Source: Desulfosudaceae bacterium (GTDB taxonomy: Bacteria; Desulfobacterota; Desulfobacteria; Desulfobacterales; Desulfosudaceae). Taken from it: DNA of 64,000 nt. Under the pieces are notes generated by a model. That model was given only the letters and a program-made list of their open reading frames with translations. It was not told the DNA's origin and made no database searches. The number at the start of each line of letters is the position of its first letter. Within the stretch, counting starts at the first letter, position 1. This document shows, piece after piece, positions 60,613 to 64,000 of the stretch. The translations under genes were made by a program, and so were the position numbers. The stretch is from positions 2,304,001 through 2,368,000 of the forward strand of contig CAXXDV010000003.1 of the NCBI GenBank assembly GCA_963674745.2, written 5' to 3'.

Positions 60613-61263
60613 TCAGGATGTCATCAAATTTTTGATACCGCCCACGGTAAAGGCGGTAACGTCATCGGCCGCAGCCTCGATATCGTCCGGGCGGTCGTGC
60701 CAGAGCATGTAATAACCGGCTACCCGTTCATATATACCCAGGATACAGACGGCCATCAACTCGGCCGACATGTTGGACCGGTAACGGGTTTTGGTTTCCG
60801 TGGCCACCCTTTTCAGCGCGCCTTCCAGGTCTTTGATCAGCTTGCCGTAAAGGCGTTTGCGTTCCTGTTCCACAGCCGCGCTCTGGCCGCTGGCCTCCCT
60901 GAAAAAAATCGACAGACGTTCCGGATATGTGAGGCAGAAATCTTTAAAAAATGAAAGGCCGGCATTGACGATGCCGTCCAGCGTGCCGTGTTTACCTAAA
61001 AAAGCATCCCCCAGGGTTTTGCGGAGTTGAAAACCGACCTCCTGCATCAGCGTGATGAGCAGGTCTTCCTTGTTCTTGAAATAAAAATAGACGGTTCCCA
61101 CCGATACTTCGGCGGCATCGGCGATATTCTCAAGACTGGTCTGATGGTAACCGTTTTTGGCAAAAAGCGATTCCGCCACACTTAAAATCGTGGCATAGCG
61201 TTTTTCTTTTTCCCGCTGCCGGCGCTGGGCCGCCCTGGAAAGGGTTTCGTTCTTAACGTTCAT
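60613..61263 (-). CDS. TetR/AcrR family regulator
   Basis: LFAKNGYHQTSLENIADAAEVSVGTVYFYFKNKEDL. Confidence 0.93.
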   Translation of the reverse strand: MNVKNETLSRAAQRRQREKEKRYATILSVAESLFAKNGYHQTSLENIADAAEVSVGTVYFYFKNKEDLLITLMQEVGFQLRKTLGDAFLGKHGTLDGIVNAGLSFFKDFCLTYPERLSIFFREASGQSAAVEQERKRLYGKLIKDLEGALKRVATETKTRYRSNMSAELMAVCILGIYERVAGYYMLWHDRPDDIEAAADDVTAFTVGGIKNLMTS

Positions 61264-61275
61264 ACAACTCGATCC

Positions 61276-62049
61276 TTATTTGCCGGTAAAATTGGGTTTC
61301 CTCTTTTCAATAAAGGCCGTAATGCCTTCGACCGCATCCCCGGTGGCCGCTACTTCGGCCAGCTTCCCGGCGAGGAACTCAACTGCTTCGGCCAGGGGCA
61401 TGGCTTCGGCAACAGCAAAAGCCTGTTTGCCGATTTTCATGCCGATGGGACTTTTTTCACACAATGATGTCACCACCGCCGCGACTTCCGCTTCAAACCT
61501 ATCTTCCGGATAGACCCGGGTCACCAGCCCCATCTCCAGGGCCTGGTCAGCCGTCATTTTTTCACCCAGCAGCACCATCTCCATGGCCTTTTTACGGGGA
61601 ACATTGCGAAAAATCAGGGCGCCGATCATCATCGGGAACAACCCGACGTTTACTTCCGGCGTGCCGAATTTAGCCGTGTCTTTAGCGATGACAATATCGC
61701 AACCCAGCATAAAACCCGTGCCGCCGGCCAGGCAATACCCGTTGATGCGGGCCACGGTGGGTTTCGGAAAAGTCGCCAGACGGGTGATCAGCCTGGCATA
61801 ATCTTTTAAAACATCCTGCCCGCTGTCTCCCAGGCTACCCCCACCGAGGTCGGCCCCGGAGCAGAAGGCCTTTTCACCGGCGCCGGTGACCACCACAACC
61901 CGTACGTTTTCGTCCTGCTCGGCATGGTCCAGTGCCTGGTCAAACAGCGCCATGGCTTCAGGGCTGATGGCATTGCGCTTGTCCGGCCGGTTGATCGTCA
62001 ACCAGGCGGCTTTGTCTTTGACTTCATAGGTCAGATGCGAATCATTCAT
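61276..62049 (-). CDS. Enoyl-CoA hydratase/isomerase family protein
   Basis: NRPDKRNA, AFCSGADL, FGTPEVNVG, AFIEKRKP. Confidence 0.93.
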   Translation of the reverse strand: MNDSHLTYEVKDKAAWLTINRPDKRNAISPEAMALFDQALDHAEQDENVRVVVVTGAGEKAFCSGADLGGGSLGDSGQDVLKDYARLITRLATFPKPTVARINGYCLAGGTGFMLGCDIVIAKDTAKFGTPEVNVGLFPMMIGALIFRNVPRKKAMEMVLLGEKMTADQALEMGLVTRVYPEDRFEAEVAAVVTSLCEKSPIGMKIGKQAFAVAEAMPLAEAVEFLAGKLAEVAATGDAVEGITAFIEKRKPNFTGK

Positions 62050-62581
62050 TATCCCCTCCCTGCGGCGTTCCGGCCTCGTCTGTCTTTTGAATGTCAACCA
62101 GGATATCACCCGGCATGACCTTGTCCCCTTCAGCCGTGTTGACACCGGTGACCACCCCGTCAAAAGGCGCGTAAAGCGTGGTCTCCATCTTCATGGCCGA
62201 GACGACCACCACGGGCTGGCCTTCGGTAACCGCGTCACCCGTACTGACATTGATCTTAACCACCACGGCCGGCATGGGCGGCGTGACTTCCAGGGGCATT
62301 TTTCTGGCTGATTTGCGACCCGTTACCGACTGCGCCAGCGCATCCTCATCGACAAGCTCATATGAACAGCCATTTAAACAAATTGTTTTACCGTCATCCT
62401 TGTCCACCACAACAACCGGCATCTGGCGGCCGTTAACCGTCATCAGCAGGGTGTTGTCCGATGTCCTTACAAATTCAACCCGGTATTCCTGATCATCCAT
62501 GACCGCCGTAAACGATCCGTCATCGACATCGTTCACGTCCACAGGCAAATCGATATCGTCCATCTTGAGTTTATATTCCAT
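62042..62581 (-). CDS. Biotin carboxyl carrier subunit
   Basis: SAMKME biotinylation motif, APFDGVV. Confidence 0.9.
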   Translation of the reverse strand: MEYKLKMDDIDLPVDVNDVDDGSFTAVMDDQEYRVEFVRTSDNTLLMTVNGRQMPVVVVDKDDGKTICLNGCSYELVDEDALAQSVTGRKSARKMPLEVTPPMPAVVVKINVSTGDAVTEGQPVVVVSAMKMETTLYAPFDGVVTGVNTAEGDKVMPGDILVDIQKTDEAGTPQGGDNE

Positions 62582-62622
62582 AATCGTCTCCTTAATTCAC
62601 TTGAACCACAAACCCGACAAAT

Positions 62623-62686
62623 GGGCACGGCACGCCGTGCCCCTACAACCTTTGCGAACGGCCCTCAAACCTTGAACCCTGAACCC
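62623..62686. repeat. Single REP unit plus TGAACC repeats inside an operon
   Basis: GGGCACGGCACGCCGTGCCCCTACAACCTTTGCGAACGG. Confidence 0.75.
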
Positions 62687-62687
62687 T

Positions 62688-64000
62688 TTATAGTCGCCAA
62701 TGTCCCAACGTCTGCCACGGCAAGGGAATTTCCGCCGGCCCTTCCGCAACGGCATCTGCCACCCGTTTTCCGGCCATGCCGTCCGCGATAAAGGCCAGTG
62801 CCGCTAAATCCTTGTCCGGCAGGGTTGGCTCCCAGGACGGAAAATAGGTATCAATAAAACTGGTCAGGGTGTTCCCCTCACGGAACGGTTGTGAGTCGAT
62901 AATATCGGCCAGAAACTGGGTCGGCGTTTTAATGCCGATCACGACATAATCGGCCAGCGCTTTTTTCATGCGTTCGATGGCCGCCTCCCGGTTTTCCGCA
63001 TGAACCACCAGCTTGGACAGAATCGGGTCATACTCTACGGGCACGGTAAACCCCTGGTAAACACCACAATCGTTTCGGATACCCGGGCCGGTGGGTTCTT
63101 TCAGGCAGACAATCTTCCCCGGAGACGGAAAAAAATCGTTGGCCGGGTCCTCGGCGTAAATCCGGCATTCAATGGCATGGCCACGGGCCGTGACGTCTTC
63201 CTGTTTCAAGTCCAGAGGAAGGCCGGCGGCAATTTCGATCTGGCGGCGGACAAGATCGATACCGGTAATCATTTCCGTTATGGGATGTTCCACCTGGAGA
63301 CGGGTGTTGGCCTCCAGAAAATAAAAACAGCCGTCTTCATCCAGGATAAACTCCACCGTACCGGCATTGACGTAACCGGCCGTGGCCGCTGCCTGCACGG
63401 CGGCTTCGCCCATCTTTTGCCGCAGTTCATCGTTGACGGCGGTAGAAGGCGTTTCTTCGATGATTTTCTGGTGTCGCCGCTGGATGGAGCATTCACGCTC
63501 GAACAGATGGATGATGTTGCCGTGGGTATCGGCCAGCACCTGGATCTCCACATGCCGGGGGTTGGTAATATATTTTTCCAGATATACCGACCCATCGCCA
63601 AAGGCCGCTTTGGCCTCGCTGGCAGCCGATTCCAGGGCGGCGGCCAGTTCGGAAGGTGCGTTTACGATCCGCATGCCCTTGCCGCCGCCGCCGGCAGCCG
63701 CTTTGACCAGAACAGGATATCCGATTTCCTCGGCATGCGCGGCCACCCGCTTTGCGTCAAGATTTGATTCGGTCATGCCCGGCACAACCGGCACACCGCC
63801 GTCAACCATCATTTTCCGGGCTACGGTTTTATTGCCGAAATCCCGAATGACCTTGGCCGGCGGACCGATAAAGACAATGCCATTGTCCTGGCAGGCCCGG
63901 GCAAAATCGGCATTTTCGGCCAGAAACCCGTAACCGGGATGAATGGCTTCGGCCCCGGTCTGTTTGGCCGCATCAATAATCCGTTCCACGTTCAGGTAAC
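62688..64000 (-). CDS. Biotin carboxylase subunit of an acyl-CoA carboxylase (5' end outside window)
   Basis: HPGYGFLAEN, GGGGKGMR, RECSIQRRHQK, NTRLQVEH. Confidence 0.95.
   Translation of the reverse strand, partial: YLNVERIIDAAKQTGAEAIHPGYGFLAENADFARACQDNGIVFIGPPAKVIRDFGNKTVARKMMVDGGVPVVPGMTESNLDAKRVAAHAEEIGYPVLVKAAAGGGGKGMRIVNAPSELAAALESAASEAKAAFGDGSVYLEKYITNPRHVEIQVLADTHGNIIHLFERECSIQRRHQKIIEETPSTAVNDELRQKMGEAAVQAAATAGYVNAGTVEFILDEDGCFYFLEANTRLQVEHPITEMITGIDLVRRQIEIAAGLPLDLKQEDVTARGHAIECRIYAEDPANDFFPSPGKIVCLKEPTGPGIRNDCGVYQGFTVPVEYDPILSKLVVHAENREAAIERMKKALADYVVIGIKTPTQFLADIIDSQPFREGNTLTSFIDTYFPSWEPTLPDKDLAALAFIADGMAGKRVADAVAEGPAEIPLPWQTLGHWRL

Overview
Chromosomal segment of a sulfate-reducer-like bacterium; Desulfobacterales-type affiliation is an inference from gene content. 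Housekeeping blocks flank a ~19.8 kb chromosomal integron: tRNA-Val, yraN-rnhB-rplS-trmD-rimM-khpA-rpsP-ffh, rlmN, ruvCAB, tol-pal, htpG, nth, pgeF and fatty-acyl-CoA catabolism genes. The integron has intI at 44219-45211 (+), an attI core at 44012-44018, and ~24 cassette units on the - strand down to ~25450. Most attC sites are 123-129 bp and fall into four sequence families. Three different mobile elements sit precisely in attC sites. (1) A 2.3 kb element encodes a frameshift-split tyrosine recombinase and an IS91/Y2-type HUH transposase, ends in its own attC-like hairpin, and is inserted inverted at the G|TT of an attC inverse core. (2) An IS1111-type IS110 has a long 3' non-coding end with two parallel internal loops, one carrying sequence matching the attC target (candidate bridge/seek RNA). 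(3) A non-IIC group II intron is inserted on the cassette strand at GTTA| of an attC core. Other features are ORF-less cassettes tied to one attC family, a locked terminal TA cassette, a palindromic attI region, a degenerate MreB paralog, GTAG-type REP clusters and a FadR/YsiA-like operator. All calls are from reading the sequence; no database searches were run.
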